Shown here: in pieces, positions 18,104 to 27,231 of the stretch
How positions within the stretch are numbered: position 1 is the first letter of the stretch
Layout: every line of letters starts with the position of its first letter
Source: a virus
Taxonomy: Duplodnaviria; Caudoviricetes
Length of the DNA: 51,428 bases
Strand: one strand, 5' to 3'
IMG/VR virus record: IMGVR_UViG_3300042291_000667
Location: 1-51,428 of that record
Program-made: the position numbers and the translations under genes
Notes under the pieces: model-generated
Databases searched by the model: none
What the model was told of the DNA's origin: nothing
Seen by the model: the letters and a program-made list of their open reading frames with translations, nothing else

Positions 18104-18979
18104 TTACGCGGTCAAATCGACCCTGATAGCCAGGTGAATTGACGTATCGAAGTAAACCGCAGCTGGGCGGATTGCTTTGAGACGCATGTCGTTTTGGTTG
18201 CCTGACACATCGTAGCCCTGCGACAGAGTGTCAGTGACGACATCGATATCGCCAAGGACAACCTTGACAGTACCGGTGGCGTACATCCATTTGTTTGTGC
18301 CTGTTGGCGTCTCTGTGTCACCGGCAGCGTCCGTTGGACCCGCGCCAGTGTAGCCAGAACCGACGACTACGGGGGTTCCACCCATTGTCTGAAGATGATC
18401 TTTACCAGCTTCATGGAAAAGCATTTGGCTGTTACTTGAAAGTAACGATGCGGTATCACGAGTCATATGAATGATACCTTGCTCTCCACAAGGAGATGCT
18501 GTTGCGATTGTATGCTCTAGAAGTGCTAGCGCGCGGCGCGGAGATAGCGCTGTTCCGCTGTTAAGAATAGTCGCTTCAGGGCTAACTAGTGCTCGATTTG
18601 CATGGGTCTCGCCAATACGAACAGTACCGTCCCAGAGCTCTGTTTCGATCGCTTTTTGCGTAATTCCGTCAAGTTGAAGTTTGACGCGCTCAATGTGGTC
18701 AACTCCAAGCAGTCCTAGTGTTGAGCGATACTCCTCAACCTCGATAAAAAATGGTTTGATTTCGTCGTAGCGAGTAGGGGTCGCATTGGAGGCAACAGTA
18801 TAAGAAGTGGTATCTGTGTCGTCCCAATTCTTTGCAGAATAAATGCCAGTGTTCCACTCTTGTGAAAAACCGCGGACCCATTGGTCTTCCTTTGAGCGAG
18901 TATCAGGCTTAACTACGTCAAATAGACCGAACGCCGAAGGCACGATTTTAGGTGCTGTAAATACTCCTGTAAATGCCAT
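18104..18979 (-). CDS. Second capsid protein (putative pentamer/vertex capsid protein)
   Basis: 291 aa directly after the MCP; AIETELWDG, ALALLE, GIIHM, T.GGTPVVVG.GY, WMYATG.V motifs. Confidence 0.65.
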   Translation of the reverse strand: MAFTGVFTAPKIVPSAFGLFDVVKPDTRSKEDQWVRGFSQEWNTGIYSAKNWDDTDTTSYTVASNATPTRYDEIKPFFIEVEEYRSTLGLLGVDHIERVKLQLDGITQKAIETELWDGTVRIGETHANRALVSPEATILNSGTALSPRRALALLEHTIATASPCGEQGIIHMTRDTASLLSSNSQMLFHEAGKDHLQTMGGTPVVVGSGYTGAGPTDAAGDTETPTGTNKWMYATGTVKVVLGDIDVVTDTLSQGYDVSGNQNDMRLKAIRPAAVYFDTSIHLAIRVDLTA

Positions 18980-19026
18980 GTTTAGGTTCCTTACCTATTT
19001 GTTGATTGCACGTGTGTAGTCGTATT

Positions 19027-19054
19027 GGAGGCCGCCCATTTCTGAGCGGCCCCC
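19027..19054 (-). terminator. 12-bp GAAA-tetraloop hairpin after the MCP gene
   Basis: Minus-strand GGGGGCCGCTCA-GAAA-TGGGCGGCCTCC, two G-U pairs, no U-tract. Confidence 0.65.
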
Positions 19055-19076
19055 GCAACGAGTATTAGTGACTGGA

Positions 19077-20900
19077 TCAGTATTCGATCGCAGCTGCTGT
19101 TGCACCACCTGTTGTGTCGCGGAGGGCTGCTGCCACACCGTTAACACTGATGGTTGATGTAACCTTGATTGACTCAATACCAACCTTGGCAATACCTTCA
19201 AAGGTTTCAACGAACATCTTGTAATCGTTGGTTCCTACGAGAGTAGAGTCACGGATGATTCCGAGGTCCAATGTGCCGCCGTCGAGGAACAAGAATGTTC
19301 CTTCTGCGAACATGTACCATGAGAATGTGTCAGGGAATTCAAGCATTGCTCCGCTGCTCTGTGCGCCGAAAACGTCGAGGTCGAGCGAGAACGTGATGCT
19401 AACACCACGAGCTGCAAGATATCCGTCGATTTCTGCGTCAGCAACATTCAATGTGCTGTCACCAGGCATAGACAAGACGAGGTCAGCGCGCATTGCATCC
19501 TTGATCCAGGATGGTGCGATAACCTTGAGCTGCTGTGCAGGATCAAGACGATGACGTGAGCGGTACGCTGTAGCTGCGCGGCCAACCTGAACGAGGAAGT
19601 CACGAGCAACACCGATGAGGCTCGACGACGTAATAGCCGTTGATGCATCGGAGATCTTGCCAGCGATATACTGCTCAGCTTCACGTGCGTGCTGGATGAG
19701 AGCAAGCTCGTTATGACGTGCAACCAACTCTGGGTAAGCGCGTGTCATCAAGTTACCAAACTGGAGTTGCAATGTAACAGCGTCGGTAGCGACGGTTGTC
19801 TCAGTTGCAGCTGTGATGGTAAGGCTTGACTTAACGTCTGTACCTGGGTTGGTGTCTGTTGCGTTTGTCCATACACCGACAGCATTGCCGTAGTCACTCA
19901 ACACTGGAGGCAGAATGTAGCGAATACCGCCACGGTCAGCCGCAAAGCGTGGGAGTGAGTCACGAATGGCTCTGTCAGTTGTACCAAAACCAAAGATGTC
20001 GTACTTGACTTCGAATGGAGTGCTGTGACCACCAGACGCGATCAGTGCTTCCGGAGAAGCAACTGCCTTGATCTTGGCGATGTTAGACTCGGTGTCCTGC
20101 GTAAGAACGCGTGACTCTGGGTATTTGGTTGTTAGTGATGCAACGATGTGCTGTTCACCATCGCCACCCTTTACACGGCGAAGACCGTGCAAGCGGGAGA
20201 CCATAGCTTCAGCAATATCGGTTGAATTGCTCATTTCTGCACCGGCTGTGTAGCCAGGAATGTCTGCACCTGCGGTGATAACCACCGGAGCTGCTTCGCG
20301 AACCTGGATTGGAGCACGGTCAGCGGGAGCCTGGAACGAAACGTCCTGACCCTCTTCATGTGCGGCGGCAGTCATTGTTGGTGCCTCCTGACCTTCCTGC
20401 TCCACCTCGGGAGCAATTGTGATTTCTTGTGTGCTTGCTTCTGCTTCTGCTGGTGCCTCGACGGCTGCTTCTGCTTCTGCTGTTGTTGTTGTTGTTGTCT
20501 CTAGTTCAGGTTCAACTGCCTCATCGGTCGCGAACATGGTCTTCTTCTCTTCTTCCTCGTCGTCAGCTTCCATTGGAACTTCTTCCTCAGGAGCCTCTTC
20601 TTCGGCTGGAGCTTCTTCCATGTCTTCTGTCATCGGCTCTTCTGTACCGTCACCCTTAACGCGCATCGCGGCTTCGCTAGCGCGTGTTGCGAGCTCTTGC
20701 GAGACTGCCTCACGACGCTTAGCTTCGTCACGAACGACGTCAAGCATGTCGGCCAGTTGAGTCATGGCATCGACTGAATCTGGTGTTGGATCTGAACCTT
20801 CGACTGTTTCAAACTCGGTCATGATATCGGCTTGCAGTTCCGAAACTTGTTCGTCTGTAAGCTCAGTAATCGTGTCGAGCATTTGCTTGATACGGTCCAC
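19077..20900 (-). CDS. Major capsid protein with N-terminal scaffold-like acidic/coiled-coil region
   Basis: 607 aa, GTG start with GAGGAGG RBS. Acidic helical N-terminus, then ALIASGG..P.E..YD, LP.F..DRGG, LDLGIIRDSTL..TNDY..F.E.FEG core. Confidence 0.9.
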   Translation of the reverse strand: MDRIKQMLDTITELTDEQVSELQADIMTEFETVEGSDPTPDSVDAMTQLADMLDVVRDEAKRREAVSQELATRASEAAMRVKGDGTEEPMTEDMEEAPAEEEAPEEEVPMEADDEEEEKKTMFATDEAVEPELETTTTTTAEAEAAVEAPAEAEASTQEITIAPEVEQEGQEAPTMTAAAHEEGQDVSFQAPADRAPIQVREAAPVVITAGADIPGYTAGAEMSNSTDIAEAMVSRLHGLRRVKGGDGEQHIVASLTTKYPESRVLTQDTESNIAKIKAVASPEALIASGGHSTPFEVKYDIFGFGTTDRAIRDSLPRFAADRGGIRYILPPVLSDYGNAVGVWTNATDTNPGTDVKSSLTITAATETTVATDAVTLQLQFGNLMTRAYPELVARHNELALIQHAREAEQYIAGKISDASTAITSSSLIGVARDFLVQVGRAATAYRSRHRLDPAQQLKVIAPSWIKDAMRADLVLSMPGDSTLNVADAEIDGYLAARGVSITFSLDLDVFGAQSSGAMLEFPDTFSWYMFAEGTFLFLDGGTLDLGIIRDSTLVGTNDYKMFVETFEGIAKVGIESIKVTSTISVNGVAAALRDTTGGATAAAIEY

Positions 20901-21018
20901 TGTCCCTCCTCGGGAAGCAGTAACGATAAGTTCCCTTTGAACTTATCTGGGTTTCTGTCCAGGGAAAGGGACTTTGTGATTTTCACACGAAGGCACTCAC
21001 CTGTTGTTTATATTATCA
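20901..21018 (-). promoter_or_regulatory. MCP promoter/structured leader
   Basis: TGA-TAATAT extended -10-like box (hexamer 21010-21015), 9-bp perfect hairpin 20925-20947, SD at 20902-20911. Confidence 0.5.
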
Positions 21019-21026
21019 AACGTAGA

Positions 21027-24000
21027 TTACGTCAATAGTCTCATCATTTTGGACATTTCGCCGGAAACTTCACTTTGTGAGTAGACGTCTCCGCCAGACA
21101 TGTAGTTCTTTAGCGACTTAGTTGCTTCATTGGCATCTTCGACGCCAATCTTTTCTTCTACCTTTTCGATCATGTCTTCGATAAGATCTCGGAGGACAGG
21201 TGGCAAGTCGGTGTAGCGGACTTTCTGCGACTGTTGATCGAACGGCAACGGAAGGTTTGCGATTGCAGTACCTAACTGAGCTGCCGCTTTTCTAACGTTT
21301 TCAACTGATTGTGGGTTTAAAGACCCTGTATCTAGCCCCTTAAAGATTGCCATAAGGTCAATAGCTGCTTGGACAGCCGCGTCATAGTTACCAGCGTCGT
21401 CTAGGTTTTCTGCCTCTTGGACTTTTTCAACAACGTTTTGAAGACCGCTGTCTCCAAGGTCTTGCTTGATTCTTGCTAGTACTTGGCGAAACTTGCCCTT
21501 GGCGTCACGAGGTTGGTTCTTACCGGAGATATACTTTGCTCCAGCGGCCAAAACTGCCTTTTCTGTAACTGCTTCTGTGTTTTCAGTTTTCACTGCCAGA
21601 AGCCCCTCCTTGAGCTGAATTGTGTACTCTCGCAGCGCTTGTGCCTCTTCGTCAATAATCGACGCAGACTTCCACTTTTCAGGGATCAGGTCTGCCTTGT
21701 CCATTGCGCGTGCTTTTTTCATAATGTGACGGCGAACTGCGGCTCTACGAGAAGGCTTCGATCTTCCGTATGCTTGAATCGCATTCTTAAGATCTGACTC
21801 GTTGCTGATCGGGTATGAACCGTCTGGAAGTGCCTTGCCTTCTTTAGCAAGCTTCTTACGGTCCTTCATCGAGATGTAGCCCAATGACTCGTAGTCAGCT
21901 ACACGAACTCGATCTGAAAGCTCTCTTGCTGTCGCAATTAGCGCATCGCTATTTTCTTCTGGCAAAGATAACGAAGTGCCTTTGACTCGCTGGCGTGCAT
22001 CTTCTGCTTTTGCAGCAAGCTCATCTTTTCCGCCAGCTTCAAGAGTTGCAATACGCTGTGTGAGTTCTGCAAGCGGATCATTCTTCATCTTTGCAAGTAC
22101 TTGAGCACCAGCGGCAACGAGAGCGTACACTTGACCAGACGCAACGCGTGCGCGTGCGATTGGGAATCCAGGAACGTTTACCTGACAAACAGCAACGAGC
22201 TCGAGAGAGCCGCCGATTGGGCGCCAGTCGCCTGATGGAGCAGATGCACGAAGCGCACGTACTTGCTCTGGTGACGCATTAGATCTAAGAGATCCAGCAA
22301 CCCAGATGCCGTATGCGTCTTCACCTGCGTGAACGTCTGCGATCGCTGAACCGGTGTCGTCATAGTGGCGAGCCGCGTCGATTGCATTTGCGTTCAATGA
22401 TGCGTGTCCGCCTGCTAGTGTCAATTGACCGACTGGGTAATCCTTACCGTCGTCGGCACGGACAACGCCAGTGTGGAAATACGCGTAGCGGCTCTTGCTC
22501 TTGGGAGGCTTAGTGCCAGCAGTCATGCCAATGTGGTTGACATGCCATGCTGCGATGTGGCCAAATACGCGGCCTTCGTCGTCTACAGTTAGTGGCATAG
22601 GCCCAGTTAGTTTTGGATCTTGGAACCATGTAGATGGTGGAACCACTGGGATTGCACCAGCAAGAATTCCACAGGCAACAATTGATTGCGCCTCAAATTC
22701 GTCCATGTCCTCGACGTAAATTCCGTCAGGTACCATTTCTTGACCTTCCTCTTCGTCCAGCGCGTAGACAGGCTCTTCGATAAAGATGCCGCATTCTTGA
22801 AACGCTGGTTTCGGTACTATTGTAACCGCCATTACTCTGGCGTGACTAATATGAATTTTGTCTCCGCCGATCATTTCCTCATCATCTTCAGAAATGTCAC
22901 CGGCTTCTGTCTTTTTCTTTGGCTTTTTCTTTTCCTTGGCTTCGAACTGATCTAGATCAGCAGAAACGCCGCGAAGAATTTTCTCACGTACAAGTCGTTC
23001 AGCCTCACGACCATATGCGCCAGTATCAAACGTACCATAAGCGTTTCCGATACCGTCGTCAGTGCGCTCCATGTGGTCGATACGGCCAACAACTACTGAT
23101 CCGTCATGGCCACTACCTGTCTTGATCTGCCACAGTAGTGGAAGAGGAAGATCACGGTATGTGATCGAGCCTTTATCGAACCTACGTCCGTCACCAGATT
23201 CCATGCCTTCTGGAATGACAAGAGGAATCACAAACTTAGAGCCTGCTGATTCTGTATTGCCGTTAATTTCATATGCTCCAGAGGCCAATAGAACGCGCTC
23301 TCTAGCACTATCTGCGGCAGCTTTCATGTACGCCTTGGCGATAAACTCGTCTTCAGTGGCAATAAACGCGTTGTCGTACGCGGCGCTTGCTTTGATGTTT
23401 CTCTTACCAACGTTGTACTTGCTGCCGGGCCACACGCCAGTTGCTTCTTTGTGGCGAAGCGAGCAGTAGCCTTTTGCGCGAGGGCCCATATATTTAGCGA
23501 GCTGTTTATAGCAACGTGTCCAGTCGCCAGGGGTATTCCAGCGAATCTTTAAAGCACCTCTACCATAGAGCCAGTATCGACGAAGCTTTTCAGCCTGGCC
23601 GCGGTTACGATCAAGTCCACCTTCGACGCCGACAGCAACTAGCGGCTCGGTCTCGCTGGGCGCTTCTCCTGAGCTTTGGTCAACTTGGCTAAGCACTTCA
23701 ACGTAGACTTCGCCGTGTAGTGGTACTACAGGAGGCGGAGTTGCAGATGTGAGATCAGAAAGAATTTCTTGATCTTCATTCCACTTGCCGTCTACTCTCT
23801 TGAACACAGTAGGAGCTGTTGAATTCTCACTTGCAGGAATAATTGAAATTAGGTCCATAACAGCTGATGGATCGTCTGGAGAAACAAGAGCCAGATACAT
23901 GGGCTGAACGTCAGATGTGTCTGGAGTGAGCGGCGCGCCTGCTCCTTGAGAGCTTGACGGCTGCTCTGCAGCAGAGACTATTGGCCCTTTGCCACGATAG

Positions 24001-25604
24001 TTGCTGAAGAGATTCTTAAATAGTGGGTGCTCTCTGTAGTCATCATATGACGGAGTGTAGTCTTTGTCTTTTTTAAGCTTCTTTTCATACTTAGCTTTGA
24101 TTTCAGATGTACTCTGCTGTGGCGGCGGCGTGGGCTTGTTGCCAGTGCCAAATGCATCTCTCTGCGACTTTACCCACGCTGGGTAGTCGTACAAAACTTT
24201 CTGAAGTTGATCTGGAGTAAGTGGAGGAAGAGTTCCTGGAATTCTTGCATTTGGTCTGTCTGATGGGACTCGAGGTTCGCCTAAAATTCCTGACGTGTCG
24301 AGCGGTGTGTACGTGTCCTCAGGTGTGATCGCAGTTCCTTTAAAGTCTTCTGCTTTTTCTGTCGAGTTGCCAGGTACATTTTGCGTTGTTCCGTCGTCGA
24401 ACTTTACAGTCACGGATCCGGTTCCTGGATCGATTCTAGTGATGTTTCCAGTTTTACTTGCATCGCCGCCAACAACTACGCGAGATCCCATTGCAGCAAA
24501 GCGACCATTTTTGTCGCGTACCTGCTTTTTGGCGTTAGCGGCTCTTTCTTTTGGGGTGTAGTTGCCGTCTTGTGCGTCTTCTTCTTCTCCAGCTGCAACA
24601 ATTGCTCTATCAACAAGCTCCCAGTCAATTTCATCTGCGGCAGATGAAATAAGTGAGTGCTCTTCTGGATCAAGATCTTCGATCTTTACCGAATTAAACG
24701 GATGCTGTTGAAAGTGAGCCGACAGCACTAAAGCAGAGTCGACGTCAAGAAAAATGTGCCGCGAGTCTTTTGAAGACTGCGCGCTATCAAGCGTCAAATC
24801 CATCGTTGAAATGTCAGTATCAACCTGCCCAAGATCGTCCCAACCAAGATCGTCCCACACAGAGAGATTTCCGTCGACGCTGATCATATAGAGTCTGTCG
24901 ATGCTTTCGTCTGTGTCACGCACTCGCGCGATAAACGCTGGAGCGTCTTCATCCGTAGCTGCTTCTTGCGCCGCCTTAAATGCCTTTAGATCGGCCTCAT
25001 ACGCAGAAAACTCAACCGCGTAGTCATTGCCAGACGCGCTAGCTTTCATCGCCTTCTTTGCATTATTATCGCGTTCAACGATCTGTCTAGACCATCTCCA
25101 CGCGGCATCTCCGCCCCAGAGAGCCCACGCAATGCGACCGTTTGACGGAAACCCATCTTGGCCTGGTCTGTAGCCAGAGGCTTTCTTATCGACCTCATGG
25201 CGTGGAAAATACTTTGCAATGTGGCGAATTTTTTCAATGCCGACTTGGCCGCCTTTTGCGAGAGTACGTGCTGTGTTAAGCCCAACAGGCGTGCCGCCTC
25301 GATCGTGCTTTTTTCTCCACTCAAGAGCTCTTTTTGCTTCTTCTTGGACTGCCTTTGGGACTGTGTACATACGCCCAGACGCAACGACAGTCTCAATGCT
25401 TAGGTCAGCCAAAGCGCCATGTGCAAGATCAGTGTACATTTCCTCTACAGACGAAGCACCTTGATCCCACTGCATAATAGAAGAAAGAGACGATAGAGCT
25501 CCAACATTCTCGACCATGCCTGTGCGTGTGTCAATTACTACTGCGTTTGATCCATCCGTAAATAGAGCAAAGTTTTTGCATTGCCCGAAGACTTTAACAA
25601 TCAT
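21027..25604 (-). CDS. Capsid maturation protease, multi-domain fusion
   Basis: PEG.ESGDGR.F...LPLPL.WQ...GH.GSVVVGRI...GVSADLD protease domain (~22950-23240); second domain GRVFGHIA.W...GED..GIWVAG...SGDWR...NVPGFP (~22160-22640); several extra small domains. Confidence 0.85.
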   Translation of the reverse strand: MIVKVFGQCKNFALFTDGSNAVVIDTRTGMVENVGALSSLSSIMQWDQGASSVEEMYTDLAHGALADLSIETVVASGRMYTVPKAVQEEAKRALEWRKKHDRGGTPVGLNTARTLAKGGQVGIEKIRHIAKYFPRHEVDKKASGYRPGQDGFPSNGRIAWALWGGDAAWRWSRQIVERDNNAKKAMKASASGNDYAVEFSAYEADLKAFKAAQEAATDEDAPAFIARVRDTDESIDRLYMISVDGNLSVWDDLGWDDLGQVDTDISTMDLTLDSAQSSKDSRHIFLDVDSALVLSAHFQQHPFNSVKIEDLDPEEHSLISSAADEIDWELVDRAIVAAGEEEDAQDGNYTPKERAANAKKQVRDKNGRFAAMGSRVVVGGDASKTGNITRIDPGTGSVTVKFDDGTTQNVPGNSTEKAEDFKGTAITPEDTYTPLDTSGILGEPRVPSDRPNARIPGTLPPLTPDQLQKVLYDYPAWVKSQRDAFGTGNKPTPPPQQSTSEIKAKYEKKLKKDKDYTPSYDDYREHPLFKNLFSNYRGKGPIVSAAEQPSSSQGAGAPLTPDTSDVQPMYLALVSPDDPSAVMDLISIIPASENSTAPTVFKRVDGKWNEDQEILSDLTSATPPPVVPLHGEVYVEVLSQVDQSSGEAPSETEPLVAVGVEGGLDRNRGQAEKLRRYWLYGRGALKIRWNTPGDWTRCYKQLAKYMGPRAKGYCSLRHKEATGVWPGSKYNVGKRNIKASAAYDNAFIATEDEFIAKAYMKAAADSARERVLLASGAYEINGNTESAGSKFVIPLVIPEGMESGDGRRFDKGSITYRDLPLPLLWQIKTGSGHDGSVVVGRIDHMERTDDGIGNAYGTFDTGAYGREAERLVREKILRGVSADLDQFEAKEKKKPKKKTEAGDISEDDEEMIGGDKIHISHARVMAVTIVPKPAFQECGIFIEEPVYALDEEEGQEMVPDGIYVEDMDEFEAQSIVACGILAGAIPVVPPSTWFQDPKLTGPMPLTVDDEGRVFGHIAAWHVNHIGMTAGTKPPKSKSRYAYFHTGVVRADDGKDYPVGQLTLAGGHASLNANAIDAARHYDDTGSAIADVHAGEDAYGIWVAGSLRSNASPEQVRALRASAPSGDWRPIGGSLELVAVCQVNVPGFPIARARVASGQVYALVAAGAQVLAKMKNDPLAELTQRIATLEAGGKDELAAKAEDARQRVKGTSLSLPEENSDALIATARELSDRVRVADYESLGYISMKDRKKLAKEGKALPDGSYPISNESDLKNAIQAYGRSKPSRRAAVRRHIMKKARAMDKADLIPEKWKSASIIDEEAQALREYTIQLKEGLLAVKTENTEAVTEKAVLAAGAKYISGKNQPRDAKGKFRQVLARIKQDLGDSGLQNVVEKVQEAENLDDAGNYDAAVQAAIDLMAIFKGLDTGSLNPQSVENVRKAAAQLGTAIANLPLPFDQQSQKVRYTDLPPVLRDLIEDMIEKVEEKIGVEDANEATKSLKNYMSGGDVYSQSEVSGEMSKMMRLLT

Positions 25605-27229
25605 TGTACTTCTTCCTTGCCTTCAGAATCGTCAGTGATTGGACCGCCAGTAACCCATGCATCACATGTTCTACTCGCTGCGCACTTAAAATCAAATGCC
25701 TCACAGTAGCCAAGTTCTGCTGTATCAATAACGTCCCACGCATCGGTTTTTCCAGATCCGCCAGATGAAATGCCGTCTGCAATGCACTGTCGAATTTTAG
25801 TCGTAATAGAAAACATAGCACAGTTTCCGCATAGGCTATTTTGTGCTTCTTCTGGAGTAACTGACCACACCGCTGCGCGCTCTTTCCAGTACTCTTCGTT
25901 TGGCTCCTGAGGATTTAGAGGGCCATAATTTGCAACTCTAATTGCTTTTTTTCTGTTGGTCAAATTGACTGCAATATCTGTTGTCGCAGGAGGACACGTA
26001 GTTTCTGCGCCATCGCCAATCTGAAACTCAGAGTTATTGGACGCATTGATTGGCACACAGTTTGGAACCATGTTTCCGTTCTTGCCTTTTTTCATGCCAA
26101 CTTGCTTATATCCGTCCCAGCAAGGACTTTTTGAAGCAGCAACCAACGCGTCATCGTCGATCTCTAAGTACTCTTCAATAAACTCAAGTTCTACTTGAAT
26201 CGCTGCAATGACGGCTTCCATTGTTGAGTTCGAGGCCTTCGGATGTCCCGATGGGAGAAGGTCATTATCTTGCTTGTACTTTGGATTGCTTGGAGAGCCA
26301 GATTTCAGAAGCTTAAGATACGCATTAACTCTGGCCATTGCCCACTGATCGCGCGTCTTACCTGGCCTGTGAGAGCTTGAGAACGCACCTGATCCTCTGC
26401 GATACACAGCTTTCAGCATTCCTAAAGTCACCTTGCGGCCTTTAGATGCTTTTTCGTTATGCTCTTTTACTTTGTTCTTAAGCGCGGTTGTTGTTTTTTC
26501 AGAAAATGTAATGCTTTTTCCGCCTGCGGCAGAGCCTGGCTTATTTGTCTTTGAGCCGTAAATGCGGTCTTTTTTGGGTGCAGGCTTTGAGGCTGCCGCA
26601 GTCACCACACCGTCTGGGATTAGAGCGAATCGGCAATATCCACCCGGCTCAACTTCTGCAGCAATAATCTTGCAAGAAGTTCCGCCTTCGTAGAGAATAC
26701 AATTAGCGCACTTAACTCCAATGTCAGCAAGTTCGTTTTCATCGGCTGACTCGTAGCCTGCCCAGACTCCCATATCATCACTGTTGAATTTGCCGTGCTT
26801 TTTAGTGATCTCAATAAGTGCTTCAGCAAGGTCCTGCTCTTCTTCAATTACTACAGATGCTATTAGGCCATCTACTTCTTCTTGGACAGTGGACTCTTGT
26901 GAAACACTCGTGTCTTCTAGACCGCTTGTGTTTGAGATATCAAGAATTGTAGCAGTCTTGCCTACCTTATCAGCAGCATCATAGATCGCAATGGCGTCAA
27001 TCGTAACGTCGTCGACGTAGTGATTCGGAAGATCTTCTAGTTTTTCAAAGAAGGTCTCTCCCACCTTCTGCCAAGCGCCTCTGTCTCGCACAAAAGACGC
27101 TTTTTTCTCCATAGATGAGTAGACTAAAAACGGAACTTCGCTTGTTCCGCCGTCTACAATAGCAAATAATAAATCGCCCTCGTCTAGCTTAGACGGCCAT
27201 ACCGGCTGTTCCATAGTAGTTTCTTCCAT
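25601..27229 (-). CDS. Mosaic Cys-rich head-region protein
   Basis: 542 aa: CxxC..C..GYC domain, LKAVYRRG..HRPG..QWAMARVN domain, CWDGY..VPNCVP motif and a C-terminal Cys cluster. ATGA-coupled to the protease gene. Confidence 0.8.
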   Translation of the reverse strand: MEETTMEQPVWPSKLDEGDLLFAIVDGGTSEVPFLVYSSMEKKASFVRDRGAWQKVGETFFEKLEDLPNHYVDDVTIDAIAIYDAADKVGKTATILDISNTSGLEDTSVSQESTVQEEVDGLIASVVIEEEQDLAEALIEITKKHGKFNSDDMGVWAGYESADENELADIGVKCANCILYEGGTSCKIIAAEVEPGGYCRFALIPDGVVTAAASKPAPKKDRIYGSKTNKPGSAAGGKSITFSEKTTTALKNKVKEHNEKASKGRKVTLGMLKAVYRRGSGAFSSSHRPGKTRDQWAMARVNAYLKLLKSGSPSNPKYKQDNDLLPSGHPKASNSTMEAVIAAIQVELEFIEEYLEIDDDALVAASKSPCWDGYKQVGMKKGKNGNMVPNCVPINASNNSEFQIGDGAETTCPPATTDIAVNLTNRKKAIRVANYGPLNPQEPNEEYWKERAAVWSVTPEEAQNSLCGNCAMFSITTKIRQCIADGISSGGSGKTDAWDVIDTAELGYCEAFDFKCAASRTCDAWVTGGPITDDSEGKEEVQ

Positions 27230-27231
27230 GT

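Noticed and set aside
20481-20498. (TGT)n tract in the MCP gene
   Set aside because: In-frame poly-Thr within a disordered linker; a triplet repeat would not cause phase variation.
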